Assembly (NCBI GenBank): GCA_046482545.1
Contig: JAWOEX010000028.1
Coordinates: forward strand, 192,001-256,000
From: Candidatus Thorarchaeota archaeon
GTDB lineage: Archaea; Asgardarchaeota; Thorarchaeia; Thorarchaeales; Thorarchaeaceae
Direction: 5' to 3'
Length of the DNA: 64,000 nt
Position numbers and translations under genes: made by a program. The notes beneath the pieces were generated by a model. That model was not told the origin of the DNA. It did no database searches and worked only from the letters and a program-made list of their open reading frames with translations. Below are positions 40,188 to 50,005 of this stretch, piece after piece. Position 1 is the first letter of the stretch, and each line of letters opens with the position of its first letter.

Positions 40188-41579
40188 TTGACCAGTGCAA
40201 GCTATGAACGACACATCTTCAGTACACTCAGTATGTACCCCAGTTCTTCCACCGTTTACTTAATAGGGAGAGAGAGCATGCATACTCTCGAGCCGAAAAT
40301 GGAACCCGTTGGAATTCTAATACTTGCCATCTTCATTTTCACAATGATTATAATTCTTTCAGAGAAAATAAACGAAACTGCCACGGCTCTGTTTGCCATG
40401 TGCGTGTCAGTGGGTCTTCTTATTGTAACCAATAGAATGGACTTTGAGACCTTCATTCTCCTCATTGAATGGGACACGATACTCTTCGTCACTGCGATGA
40501 TGATCGTAGTTTCGGTTGGTGCCTCTTCGGGTGTGTTCCAGTATATTGCCTTACACCTTGCTCAAAGGACAGGCGGTGAACCAAAGAGTGTCTTCACATC
40601 GTTCATGGCCTTTGTATTTGTAATCTCTCTATTCTTCGACCCTCTCCCAACTATGCTAATCATGGGACCCCTCACTGTTGAAGTTTGCAGGGCGATAGAC
40701 ATGGATTACCGAGTCTTATTGATTTCACAGGTAATTATCTCGAACTTTGCATCCTTTCCATCTATCGTTGGTTCTGTATCTAATCTCGTCATTTCTAGCT
40801 GGGCTAATATAGAGGCAGGCTATCTCTTTTTGGGACTCCTTCCTCTTTCTCTTCTATTGTTCCCGATTACGATGGCAATTCTTTCCAAGTATTACTCTGT
40901 AGAGTTAGCTTACAAAGAGTTGGATACAGATAATCCGCTGATGATGATTGAACCCAGTATGATGATTAAGTCCCGTCGTGATTTCTATATGTCTTCAATA
41001 GGAATGGGAATACTCTTTGTCGGCCTAGTAATTGGTCCCCAGATGCGGCTAGAGGCAGCCTTTCTTGCCCTGACTATTGCATCTGCCATGCTCATGTTCT
41101 CTGAAGATAGAGTGACAAGGTTTCTCAGAGAGCTCTCATGGGACACAATATTTTTTCTTATTGGCCTCTTTGGAATAATTGCAGCCATGGAGGTAACCGG
41201 TCTAATTGATGACATGGTGCTTGGTTTGCAGAATATCGTTGCAGGAAACCCCTTCGCGGCCATCTTGTTTATGCTATGGGTGCCGGGTCTGATTCTCGCA
41301 CCAATTGACAATATCCCCGTAGCAGCACTCTTGTCTCCTTTGGCTGTAGAATTCGGGGGGGCCCACGGTTCAATACCACTCTCCCTTATTATCGGAACAA
41401 ACATAGGTGGTTACATCATCCCCTTGGGCGATGCCCCTAACATGATAGCACTAACCTTAGCGGCTGACGCCGGAAAAAATATAGACCGTTGGGAGTTCAC
41501 TAAAATTGCCTTCGCTGTGGGACTTCTTCACCTTTTCATTTCTACAGCATACTGCTTTCTGCTCGTTTGGCTGATATGA
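40188..41579 (+). CDS. ArsB/NhaD/SLC13-superfamily anion permease
   Basis: About 11-12 TMs; IEWDTILF, IDNIP, TNIGG...GDAPN; true start probably further downstream (MHTLEPKMEP). Confidence 0.8.
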   Translation: MTSASYERHIFSTLSMYPSSSTVYLIGRESMHTLEPKMEPVGILILAIFIFTMIIILSEKINETATALFAMCVSVGLLIVTNRMDFETFILLIEWDTILFVTAMMIVVSVGASSGVFQYIALHLAQRTGGEPKSVFTSFMAFVFVISLFFDPLPTMLIMGPLTVEVCRAIDMDYRVLLISQVIISNFASFPSIVGSVSNLVISSWANIEAGYLFLGLLPLSLLLFPITMAILSKYYSVELAYKELDTDNPLMMIEPSMMIKSRRDFYMSSIGMGILFVGLVIGPQMRLEAAFLALTIASAMLMFSEDRVTRFLRELSWDTIFFLIGLFGIIAAMEVTGLIDDMVLGLQNIVAGNPFAAILFMLWVPGLILAPIDNIPVAALLSPLAVEFGGAHGSIPLSLIIGTNIGGYIIPLGDAPNMIALTLAADAGKNIDRWEFTKIAFAVGLLHLFISTAYCFLLVWLI

Positions 41580-41747
41580 GAGAGACACAGCCCGAACAGC
41601 GGCACCGGTCTTTCGGAACGTCAGTGTTCGAATATATCGTCAATCATATCGCCTCACAGGGAGAGAGCACATCCGTGTCAGTAGCCAGGGGTGCTGGTTT
41701 GGCTTGTAAGTGACATTTCCTCACCCATCTTTCAAAGGCAAAAGTAT

Positions 41748-42061
41748 TCATCCTGTACAAGACAGTTGCGCCGAGTGCACTATCTCTCTAACAACACGAA
41801 ATTCCTTGTTGCTCTGCGTTATCACATCCTCGTAGGCCGACACGAACTCCACCGCATCAACCTCCTCTTGCTGGAACATCGCTGCAATGGCGGAATGACG
41901 AGACTAACCACGCTGTAATCAAGCACCTCGTAGCCGGGGCGTTCCGAAGCCCGGTACATAGCGTTTGGGACGTAGGCTTCGCTGATCTCGATAGGATTCC
42001 CAAGTACGTCATCGACGCTCTTCTGTTTTAGTTTCACGTAGAACGAAACGAGCGGCCTCAT
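41748..42061 (-). CDS. Small hypothetical protein, possibly frameshifted
   Basis: ORF 41822..42061. An alternative frame from 41903 (SRHSAIAAMFQQEEVDAVEFVSAYEDVITQ...CTG*, stop 41748) looks more protein-like than the annotated tail. Confidence 0.4.
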
Positions 42062-42207
42062 AACCGATGTCTGTCTTTATCTTGAGACAGCCTGAGACCA
42101 AGGTCCTAGATTATCAGAATGGTAGTCGGAATAGTATATATAAACCATCGGTCCAGACCACTTACGGGGAATGAGGGTTTAGAAAGCGATTAAGAACTCT
42201 GATAACC

Positions 42208-42302
42208 GCTCCACCATATTCATTTTATTTTAAAATTCTTAGATAACGATATAGAAGGCCCATATTGTTCATCTCCGATGTGCTTTGCCGATTTTTCCCG
42301 GT
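42208..42302 (-). promoter_or_regulatory. Bipartite conserved promoter-like element, copy 3
   Basis: GCTCCACCATATT (42208-42220) + 61 nt + GCTTTGCCGATTTTTCCCGGT (42282-42302). Confidence 0.75.
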
Positions 42303-42653
42303 TTTTGATGCAGAATGGGCTGTTTTCCCAGAAATGATGCCGCCTTGGTAGATATAATCCGTTCTGAAGATGTTCGATCTTGTTATCTGCCTTTTACAGA
42401 CAATTCTTCCACTTCTTCATTTCTTTTTTCTATTCTGCAAGTTCGAACGTTGCATCAGCTAAGTGACCTCATAAACCACATTCATCCTCCTTCAAGAGTC
42501 TCCTTATCTCCTATCGAAAGTCGAAATCCATATCCAAAAGAGAAGATAATCTCCGGTATTCTATATCTCCATTCTCAGCCAATCTCTCGACCTTTTCCGA
42601 ATACGAATAGATTTGTATTGAAGAATGTAGAATGGAAGAGTGGTTGATGTACA

Positions 42654-44240
42654 GTGGTGCGCGTAGTAACTCTGGATTGGTTAAGCAATCTAGAACTAAC
42701 TGAGCCGGAGCCATATTGGTTCAGAGATGAAAGGCTCTACGCTGGCATCAACTCTGCTCGTTTCGAAGACAATCTTAATTGGGCCGAATTCGAAAAATAC
42801 ATGGGTCTCCAACCTGCTCCAGATGAGTCGTCGAATGATGTAGTGGCGCGAAATACATCTGAATCACAGCAAGGCGTGTTAAGACTTCACAGCTCTGAAC
42901 AGTTGAATCTATCAATTGATAAAAGCGAACTGAGATACCTAATTCGTCGTCTACGGCATTTCATCCATGAAAAATCCCCGCAACAGTATCTTAATGAAGC
43001 ACCCGGGCTAGATATTCTCAGTAGGGGAATCATTGCACTACACGAGTATGCGAAGTTTTGCGGACAGAGTTTGAACTGGCAAGCTGCTCTTGAGAACGTG
43101 GCGACCCTCGACAAGTTAGCAGAGCTAGATTATACTGGATTTGCGCGAACAGACTGGTCTAGGTGTGATTTGTTACCGGACGCTGTAGCCGAGTATCGGA
43201 GCAAGCCGCTATTACACGAGCTAAGGCATTCCTTCATTTCACTTCAACATCCTGTGCTAACAAAAATATGTGAGGCCCTTTGGAGAAATGAAGAATACAT
43301 AGGCATAACAAACAACTTCGTGAGAGAAGAGACAGGATGTACTAAACGAGAGGCTAGCCGCTACTCAGAAGAGCTTTCTATGCTTATGACCGAGAGATGC
43401 ATACCTGAAATCGCCACCTTAGGCCTGAGATACAGATCTATTCTAACAGCTAACCTCAGGCCAAGAATTTGGAACGGCGGTCTTGTACGAGCCTATGAAG
43501 TGGCGAATTCAAATTATCCTGGCTTCTTTCTCTACGTTGAACCTCGAGACAGCAATGGGCCTAGGAAAGGTGTTCTCCAAGAAAATGCCTTCCATTTCAC
43601 TGCGACTCGTGGAGTGCTGTCCTTCCGGCTTGACATGTGGGACGGAAAGAATTGGGTTTTTGAGCCATGGAAACCAAAAAATCAAGCTATCGATGGTCGA
43701 AAAGAAAGGTGGCTGTTGAAGGAGTTCAATACAAAAGAGGAAAATAATGCGCTAACTCCCCGGGAAGCAGTGCTCTTAGGTATTTTGTGGTCTCATCGAG
43801 GTGATGAGTCTTCAAGAAGAGACCTGTTAGAACGTTTGGAGTTTCCTGTTCGTTCCGCAAGACACTATCGAGAAAAGCTGGAGAAGAAGGGTGCATTCCA
43901 GATTTGTCAGCATCCCAAGCTGTGCTTTAGTGGGTTAAGTGATGGCATCCTTCTCGCTGTGACAGGATATGACGATATAGAGGATTTGCGTGATTACATC
44001 CTTTCACTTGCCCCTTATTGCGTAATCTACTTCAACAAGCAAGAGGATTCTCTTTGGGCTCTAATGAGGGTACCCCGCTGGCGTTCTGATCTCTTACGAG
44101 AACTGATGATAGAATGCATTGGCAAAGACACTCCTCAGTACCAAGTTGGTAGGATTCTAGAAGAAAACCGATACGCCATGACCCTTACCAGCAGACTCCA
44201 TGACGACAGTAGTGGTTCCTTTGCCAATCCCTGGACTTGA
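42654..44240 (+). CDS. Putative transcription regulator with two wHTH + Lrp/AsnC(RAM)-like modules
   Basis: HTH-like VREETGCTKREASRYSEEL followed by PEIATLGL; second module LTPREAVLLGIL...LEFPVRSARHYREKLEKKG followed by PKLCFSGL. Confidence 0.55.
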   Translation: MVRVVTLDWLSNLELTEPEPYWFRDERLYAGINSARFEDNLNWAEFEKYMGLQPAPDESSNDVVARNTSESQQGVLRLHSSEQLNLSIDKSELRYLIRRLRHFIHEKSPQQYLNEAPGLDILSRGIIALHEYAKFCGQSLNWQAALENVATLDKLAELDYTGFARTDWSRCDLLPDAVAEYRSKPLLHELRHSFISLQHPVLTKICEALWRNEEYIGITNNFVREETGCTKREASRYSEELSMLMTERCIPEIATLGLRYRSILTANLRPRIWNGGLVRAYEVANSNYPGFFLYVEPRDSNGPRKGVLQENAFHFTATRGVLSFRLDMWDGKNWVFEPWKPKNQAIDGRKERWLLKEFNTKEENNALTPREAVLLGILWSHRGDESSRRDLLERLEFPVRSARHYREKLEKKGAFQICQHPKLCFSGLSDGILLAVTGYDDIEDLRDYILSLAPYCVIYFNKQEDSLWALMRVPRWRSDLLRELMIECIGKDTPQYQVGRILEENRYAMTLTSRLHDDSSGSFANPWT

Positions 44241-44244
44241 ATAC

Positions 44245-44272
44245 AAAAGAAGAAGAGGCCGGAATACCGGCC
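44245..44272 (-). terminator. Hairpin plus pyrimidine tract terminator
   Basis: Minus strand GGCCGG-TATT-CCGGCC followed by TCTTCTTCTTTT, just after the micro-ORF. Confidence 0.6.
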
Positions 44273-44288
44273 CCTGTTAATCTATTAA

Positions 44289-44321
44289 TTACCATGGTAC
44301 ATCTGGCCAATCAGGGATCAT
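44289..44321 (-). CDS. 10-aa micropeptide MIPDWPDVPW
   Basis: SD GAGGTGA (44335-44329) lies 7 nt before ATG 44321; TAA at 44291-44289; terminator immediately downstream. Confidence 0.5.
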   Translation of the reverse strand: MIPDWPDVPW

Positions 44322-44634
44322 TCGTTTTTCACCTCTGTTATTGTATTCCTCATACAATCTAATTGTAGCCCAGAGGGTTTGTTATCCCCATCTCCAGATA
44401 TGGCAAGCAAATGGACCAGAATCCATGAAAATACGACCAGTATCGATGATGATAACATACGGATTGTACTATGACCTTTTATGGGATCTACAGGTACTAT
44501 CTAGATTCATCAGTGAAAAGGACTATCGAAGTCTAAGTTTTCGAAATCGGAGCACTCAAAAAAACCAAGTAAAGATATTCTGCACTTTACTCGAGAAAGA
44601 AGATTTTCTACCCGTTCTCCATTCTCTACTTTTC

Positions 44635-46554
44635 CTACAATCTTTGTTGTGTAAGAAGCTCCGAAGTATCGGTATCCCAATTTCCATCATCTTTCAGTAA
44701 TCTACGAAAGAAATCTGATCGATATGCTCTGAATGCTGTTGCTGGCACCATGCTTATTTGTGCATCAATACTCGAAATCGATTCTGAAATCTTTTCTCTG
44801 TTTTCGTGACTGATGCGTGCAAGAGCATAACCATGAGTTCTATTGCGCTCCAGAAACACCTGGCAGGTTGGCAGCGATTCCAGCAATGCCGCCAACAGAG
44901 AGCAGGTGGTCTTCTCATCGCCACGGAGTTCTAAGAATATGCTTTTGAGACCGATGATGCTCACTCTATAGCCAATGTCAATCGCTTCTTGGCTGCGAAG
45001 CGATTCAAGGCATTCCTTTATCGTTTCTTGGTTTATTTCTGTCCCTGGAATGCCTGCAGAAAGTTCCATCTCAGCAAGCCAGCCTCTTGATACAGCATAA
45101 TCAAGGATGTTAGCCTCGGTAGGACTAGGTGTTTTCATTACACCATTCATACTGTCTCCGAACCGAGCTCTCAAGTCATCCACGGAGGTCATTTCTCTAG
45201 ATTTGAATCTCTTCATATCTAGTTTCCAATGGTCTTGTTCCGGATCGTAAAGATGGTAATTCTGTTGCGATGCTGAATAGGCAATCATGCGGGTGCTCGG
45301 AATATGTCTCTTAACCTGTTGGGCTGCGATCGGCGGCATCACCATATGGTGAAAGTATAGCGGATGTTTATCGGTCCCGTCTATTCGAACTATGAACCGA
45401 AGATACTTGTGCGGCCAACGATATGCTCTCCCCAAGTAGACAATTTCCTGTAATCCGAAAGCAGCGGTCCTGACATGCGGCCATAGCCTGAGTCCCCTTG
45501 TCAATGACATCATCCGTTGGAGCCAGGACTTCCATGAATGTCGTGCTTTTGTACGACTGATAGGAAGAGAGGTTATGATTTCTTTTGTTTTGTTGAGTTT
45601 CTTAGCTATGGTAATCACATTTTCAGGTTGGTCATACGTCCTTCGCACATAGGATAGAAACCTAGTCCATGGTTGTTCCTCAACTTCTTCAGGTGGATTA
45701 GAGCCAAGAAGAGGTAATTGGCCAGCCTCAGCTTGCCACATGAATCGTACATACGGGAAATTCGGTATTTTAGAACCTAGGCGAAGATAGTAATTCTTGA
45801 GCAATGCAAGAAACAGGGGTTTGTCTTGAAATCGTGGGAAAAAATCAAGGGGATCCTCTGTGGGTCTGCCAAGACATGTATAAGCAAGAAAAGCCATGAG
45901 TTGCTCACGAATATCTTCTGGCCATTGAGGAGGAACAACTCCATTGAGACATTTCTTTAGTGTCTCCCCCACCAGGTTCACTCGCACACCATGCGTAATG
46001 CGCGCAAGACATTCCCAGTCCGGACGAGGATTATTGAGTATTGAAATCGGATTAATATCCGTTTCAATCCGTGACATTCCCTTCCGCCACAACGCAGCAT
46101 CGCTTTGATAGCGAAAAGGACCGGCCTCATAGTGCTCAATTGTATGAGCTTGGACTAGGTTCCCGTCTTGCACGACAGCAAGATAATACTTCTTTGAGCC
46201 CTCGATAGCATGCAGAAAGAAGGTAGCTGTATCATTACCGTACAGCCATCTGGGATACCATAGATTGGTATCCTCGGGATAAATCCTGGCTTCAATAGCC
46301 TCATTGAGGAGACGAGCAAATACGCCCTTGCGCGAAAGCACCGGTTCAAGGCGAATGAGAAATTCCTCGCCCTGCTGCACGACAGTATTACCTTCCTCGT
46401 CAAGAATCGCTTCTTTGGCCAGCTTGACCCGAGCACCTGAACAAATCTCCTCACCTGAATTCAACTGAACGAATGGTCCGTTTACTTTCCAAGAGATCTT
46501 CGCCTGGTGCCAATCATGGTCGAGTTGAATGAGGACATCCCAAGACTCTACCAC
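44635..46554 (-). CDS. Large hypothetical protein with C-terminal wHTH + Lrp/AsnC-like modules, related to 42654..44240
   Basis: PHVRTAAFGL; PSPTEANILDY...INQETIKECLESLRSQEAIDIGYRVSIIGL...LPTCQVF...GYALARI...RRLLKDDGNW parallels the C-terminal module of the 528-aa protein. Confidence 0.55.
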   Translation of the reverse strand: MVESWDVLIQLDHDWHQAKISWKVNGPFVQLNSGEEICSGARVKLAKEAILDEEGNTVVQQGEEFLIRLEPVLSRKGVFARLLNEAIEARIYPEDTNLWYPRWLYGNDTATFFLHAIEGSKKYYLAVVQDGNLVQAHTIEHYEAGPFRYQSDAALWRKGMSRIETDINPISILNNPRPDWECLARITHGVRVNLVGETLKKCLNGVVPPQWPEDIREQLMAFLAYTCLGRPTEDPLDFFPRFQDKPLFLALLKNYYLRLGSKIPNFPYVRFMWQAEAGQLPLLGSNPPEEVEEQPWTRFLSYVRRTYDQPENVITIAKKLNKTKEIITSLPISRTKARHSWKSWLQRMMSLTRGLRLWPHVRTAAFGLQEIVYLGRAYRWPHKYLRFIVRIDGTDKHPLYFHHMVMPPIAAQQVKRHIPSTRMIAYSASQQNYHLYDPEQDHWKLDMKRFKSREMTSVDDLRARFGDSMNGVMKTPSPTEANILDYAVSRGWLAEMELSAGIPGTEINQETIKECLESLRSQEAIDIGYRVSIIGLKSIFLELRGDEKTTCSLLAALLESLPTCQVFLERNRTHGYALARISHENREKISESISSIDAQISMVPATAFRAYRSDFFRRLLKDDGNWDTDTSELLTQQRL

Positions 46555-46634
46555 AGTAACTCATCTCCAGAAAGAGTACCTTTACCTCCTTTTCCCAGAG
46601 GAGAATACAAAGGCAATGGTACGGATTTCATCAG

Positions 46635-48248
46635 TTATACCAATCCTGTTTCGTTCCAATTAATCCTGAATACGGACATAGTGTCTCGGCCGCTTATGAC
46701 ATTATCCTCAAGATGCATACTGTAGAGTTTCTCGTACGCACCGTGCAGATGCAAAGCCCAGAAAGTGAACAGTTCGTCGAAAAAGACGAAATAGTTACAT
46801 CCTCTTTCTTTGAGATACAGAAGAGTTTCTCTTGCAGACATGTTTCCATGGATGATTTCGGGACTCACAAGCCCCGCTAAGTCGATGACGCTCCGATTCG
46901 AAAAGAATCTGAGAGCGCCAGCGTCATGAATTGCTAGAACAGCGTCTTCAGGTGTATTCTGCTCTATCCAACGCCCAATATGCACCTGTTGCTCATTTAT
47001 GTTCTTTACAGCGTTGCCATAGAACGGTGCTTGTTGAAGATATCCAGGAATTGAAGGAACAACGAAGAGCAAACAAAGCACTACGCCAATTACTACTGTG
47101 TTATCAGGTTTTTTGGGCGATTCAAACTGCCTGAATACCATCTGAAAGAAGACAGCGGTACCAGCAAACGCAGATATCAGAAGGAAAGAAAAAACTGGAA
47201 CAAGATATCGTGCATTGTTGATTAAAGCGCCGTAAGGGTTTGAGAATCTATACAGGAGCAAGAGGGACATACCAAGTAGCCACGCCAACGGGCGACGGGC
47301 TTTGATGAGAAAAGGCACAGCAATGAAAGCAATAATGATGAATGGATATTGCTGAATCCATAGTCTCCAAAAGAAATTCCATGTTTCTATTTCTGATTCA
47401 GATGGCACGTGCACCTTGGCATAGAAAGTATCAGGTAGGGGAAAACCTGTGACTGAAAGACAATGAAAGATCCACGGGCTGGCCACCAAGATGGCTGTGA
47501 AGACCATTCCTAGGAGGGATAGAATTCGTCTTTTATCCAGTACTCTGTTGGTATGCAGAAAAATGGGTCGTATCAGCAATGCGAATAGCGCCAGAAGAAT
47601 CCCTTCAGGCCGGGCCAAGTATGCTAAACCCATCACTCCGCCCAGCAATATGTCATATGTTATATCCTGTTTTGCTATCAAAGTAATTCCCAGCATCAAT
47701 AAGAACATGAAGAGTGGCGTCTCCATTCCTGATAGCATGAGCCATGTGTTGCGAGGCATAAGGACGAAAGCAATACAGCCTAGATGCCCCCAGAGATGAC
47801 TATGAGTAACTCTGGAAATGAGAAGAGCAACAAGGGAAGTTGTCAGCGCATACAGTACCGTCATGATGAAGTATGTGCCCAGAACGAGTTGGGTAGGATC
47901 CTGGGATAACAGAAAGAGGGGAACAAGAACGATGGACCACAATGGACTTGTAGACCCTGTACTAGGATATCCAGGAGAATATTGCCAAGGTCTCGCTTCG
48001 TATATCGTTTTGGCAAATTGCAAGTGAATCCAAGAGTCATCTAACGTGAATCCAGGTTCGGTCCAGATGAGCATAGTTGCCAAGTAATGGAGACAAGATA
48101 CGATAGTGACAGCTGCGCCGAACACAAACAGAAGAAGGTCAGATCTATGCTTCGAAACCCAATCAACAATAGAAGTGAGTATTCTTCTGGGATCGCCGAA
48201 ATCCGCGTCTACTTTTTCGCCCACTTTGACCAATCCTTCTGAAAACAA
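46635..48248 (-). CDS. GT-C superfamily integral-membrane glycosyltransferase
   Basis: DDSWIH loop, GSTSPLW, GMETPL, LARPEG, PDTFYAK, DAGAL, DLAGL; about 11-12 TMs. Confidence 0.75.
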   Translation of the reverse strand: MFSEGLVKVGEKVDADFGDPRRILTSIVDWVSKHRSDLLLFVFGAAVTIVSCLHYLATMLIWTEPGFTLDDSWIHLQFAKTIYEARPWQYSPGYPSTGSTSPLWSIVLVPLFLLSQDPTQLVLGTYFIMTVLYALTTSLVALLISRVTHSHLWGHLGCIAFVLMPRNTWLMLSGMETPLFMFLLMLGITLIAKQDITYDILLGGVMGLAYLARPEGILLALFALLIRPIFLHTNRVLDKRRILSLLGMVFTAILVASPWIFHCLSVTGFPLPDTFYAKVHVPSESEIETWNFFWRLWIQQYPFIIIAFIAVPFLIKARRPLAWLLGMSLLLLYRFSNPYGALINNARYLVPVFSFLLISAFAGTAVFFQMVFRQFESPKKPDNTVVIGVVLCLLFVVPSIPGYLQQAPFYGNAVKNINEQQVHIGRWIEQNTPEDAVLAIHDAGALRFFSNRSVIDLAGLVSPEIIHGNMSARETLLYLKERGCNYFVFFDELFTFWALHLHGAYEKLYSMHLEDNVISGRDTMSVFRINWNETGLV

Positions 48249-48276
48249 ATCAACATGTTGGACGAGCTTTCATCAT

Positions 48277-49242
48277 TCAGTTACTTTCTGCAATCAATTT
48301 TTGAAACTCTGACTCTTCAATGTTGCCGCCTGTTATTACCAGCACAATTTTCTTGTCGCGAAATCTCTCTGGATTCTCCAGTATAGCAGCGACTCCTACA
48401 GCTGCTGCGCCTTCAACACGCTGTCCTTCCGCTTCCCACAGCACTTTGAGAGCATTGATAATCGTATATTCTCTAACCAGAAGCATGTTATCAACCTTTT
48501 CTCTCATTATAGAGAGAGTTATTGAGCCCTCCTGAACTCCGCCCATCAAGCCAGAAGCGACTGACTCTTCTTCTTGTACCTGTACATACTCATTTGCTTT
48601 CCAGCATTCGTATACCATCGGGGATGATTCAGACTGCACTCCAATTGTATTGGTTCTTGGGTCTACGCCCTTAGTTGCAATGGCGATTCCAGAGATCAAA
48701 CCGCCTCCACCCACCGGGACAATAATTGCGTCTACATCGTTCAGCTCTTGCATTATTTCCAGCCCAACAGTACCCTGACCTGCTATGATATCCGGGTGGT
48801 TGTAGGGACTTATGTAAGTCAGTCCCTTTTCATCTGCCAGTTGCTTTGCAATTGATTCAACTTCTTCATAGGAACCCTTGCGAATTACAGTGACATCGAA
48901 CTTCCGTATCTTTGTCAATTTCTCTTTCGAAATATGCTCTGGAACCACAATCGTAGCGCTAATCCCTAACTCGTTGGCAGCGAGAGCAACAGCCTGACCA
49001 TGATTTCCCGAGGAGGCAGTCACCACCCCTTTGAATCGGTTCTCTTGTTTGATCTTCAATAGCGCCATGAAAGCTCCCCGCACTTTGAATGCACCCGTCT
49101 TCTGTAGATTCTCCAATTTGAGGTGAACCTCTCCGCCTGATATCTCACTGAGCAATTTCGAGTGTAGTAATGGTGTTTTTCTGATGTGACTTTTCAGAAG
49201 CTCTGCTGCATTCTGAATATCTTCAAGCGTTGGGATTTGCAT
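48277..49242 (-). CDS. PLP-dependent threonine/serine dehydratase
   Basis: LKLENLQKTGAFKVRGA, ASSGNHG, VGGGGLISG, TGGN; no regulatory ACT domain; likely start MQIPT (track 49260). Confidence 0.88.
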   Translation of the reverse strand: MQIPTLEDIQNAAELLKSHIRKTPLLHSKLLSEISGGEVHLKLENLQKTGAFKVRGAFMALLKIKQENRFKGVVTASSGNHGQAVALAANELGISATIVVPEHISKEKLTKIRKFDVTVIRKGSYEEVESIAKQLADEKGLTYISPYNHPDIIAGQGTVGLEIMQELNDVDAIIVPVGGGGLISGIAIATKGVDPRTNTIGVQSESSPMVYECWKANEYVQVQEEESVASGLMGGVQEGSITLSIMREKVDNMLLVREYTIINALKVLWEAEGQRVEGAAAVGVAAILENPERFRDKKIVLVITGGNIEESEFQKLIAESN

Positions 49243-50005
49243 TCGGTAACAACCACACAAGCCAACGTTTGAAAACGCTCTATTCAGGTTATCGTTAAGA
49301 ATGGTGGGGCTCTAGTTTCGAAAGTGAACGAGCGAAAGCCGTTCGGAGGGTTTTGCTGCAGTTTTTCATTCACCTAAATTCGTCTGTGCATTTGCATTCA
49401 AATGGCTTGGCTGATGACAAAATATGTGCTCTAGTACAGGGGAATAAATGACCCAATCTCAATTTCTCTAATCTTCACTTCATCGCGGATCTCAGTTACG
49501 TTCATCAATGTTCACCCTGTTTTCTTCTTTCGTGACAAAGTCCTCACATATTCCCTTTAGTTTCACATCAGAATTACCTGTCTTTATTCTGATAAATCTA
49601 AGAACTCGCCCAGACAAGATGAAAACAATGAAATCATACGTATTTCTTCATGAAATCGGAGAAATCAGTACGAGGGTAACCTGGGTTGGCGTTTCTTGAG
49701 GGTTTGATCGGAAAACCTGCTTGCTCAAATGCCTTTTGGACTTGCTCGAACTCTTGAAAACTGCATCCATTTGAAAGTGAAAGGCTCGAAAGATTACCAT
49801 AGCTGGACAGAGTAAGCCAATAAGGCTTGATATCAACCGAATTCTCTTCCGCATCAACCCTGCGTACTTGATAACCGCTTTGCTAGAATATATAAACAAT
49901 TAGTGATTTTATGTAGGCAAGAACACAGAGATGAACTATGGGTAATCTGAGAATGTATACAACCAGATACACAACTCATCTCTGATTTTAAGAGAGGAAT
50001 TTGTA

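Noticed and set aside
21726-42302. Repeats as a CRISPR array or IS ends
   Set aside because: The copies are 4-16 kb apart and in direct orientation, and no cas, transposase or integrase gene is in the window.
49326-49344. GAAA-tetraloop hairpin as a SECIS element
   Set aside because: The stem is too short for a SECIS, and there is no nearby same-strand gene with an in-frame TGA.
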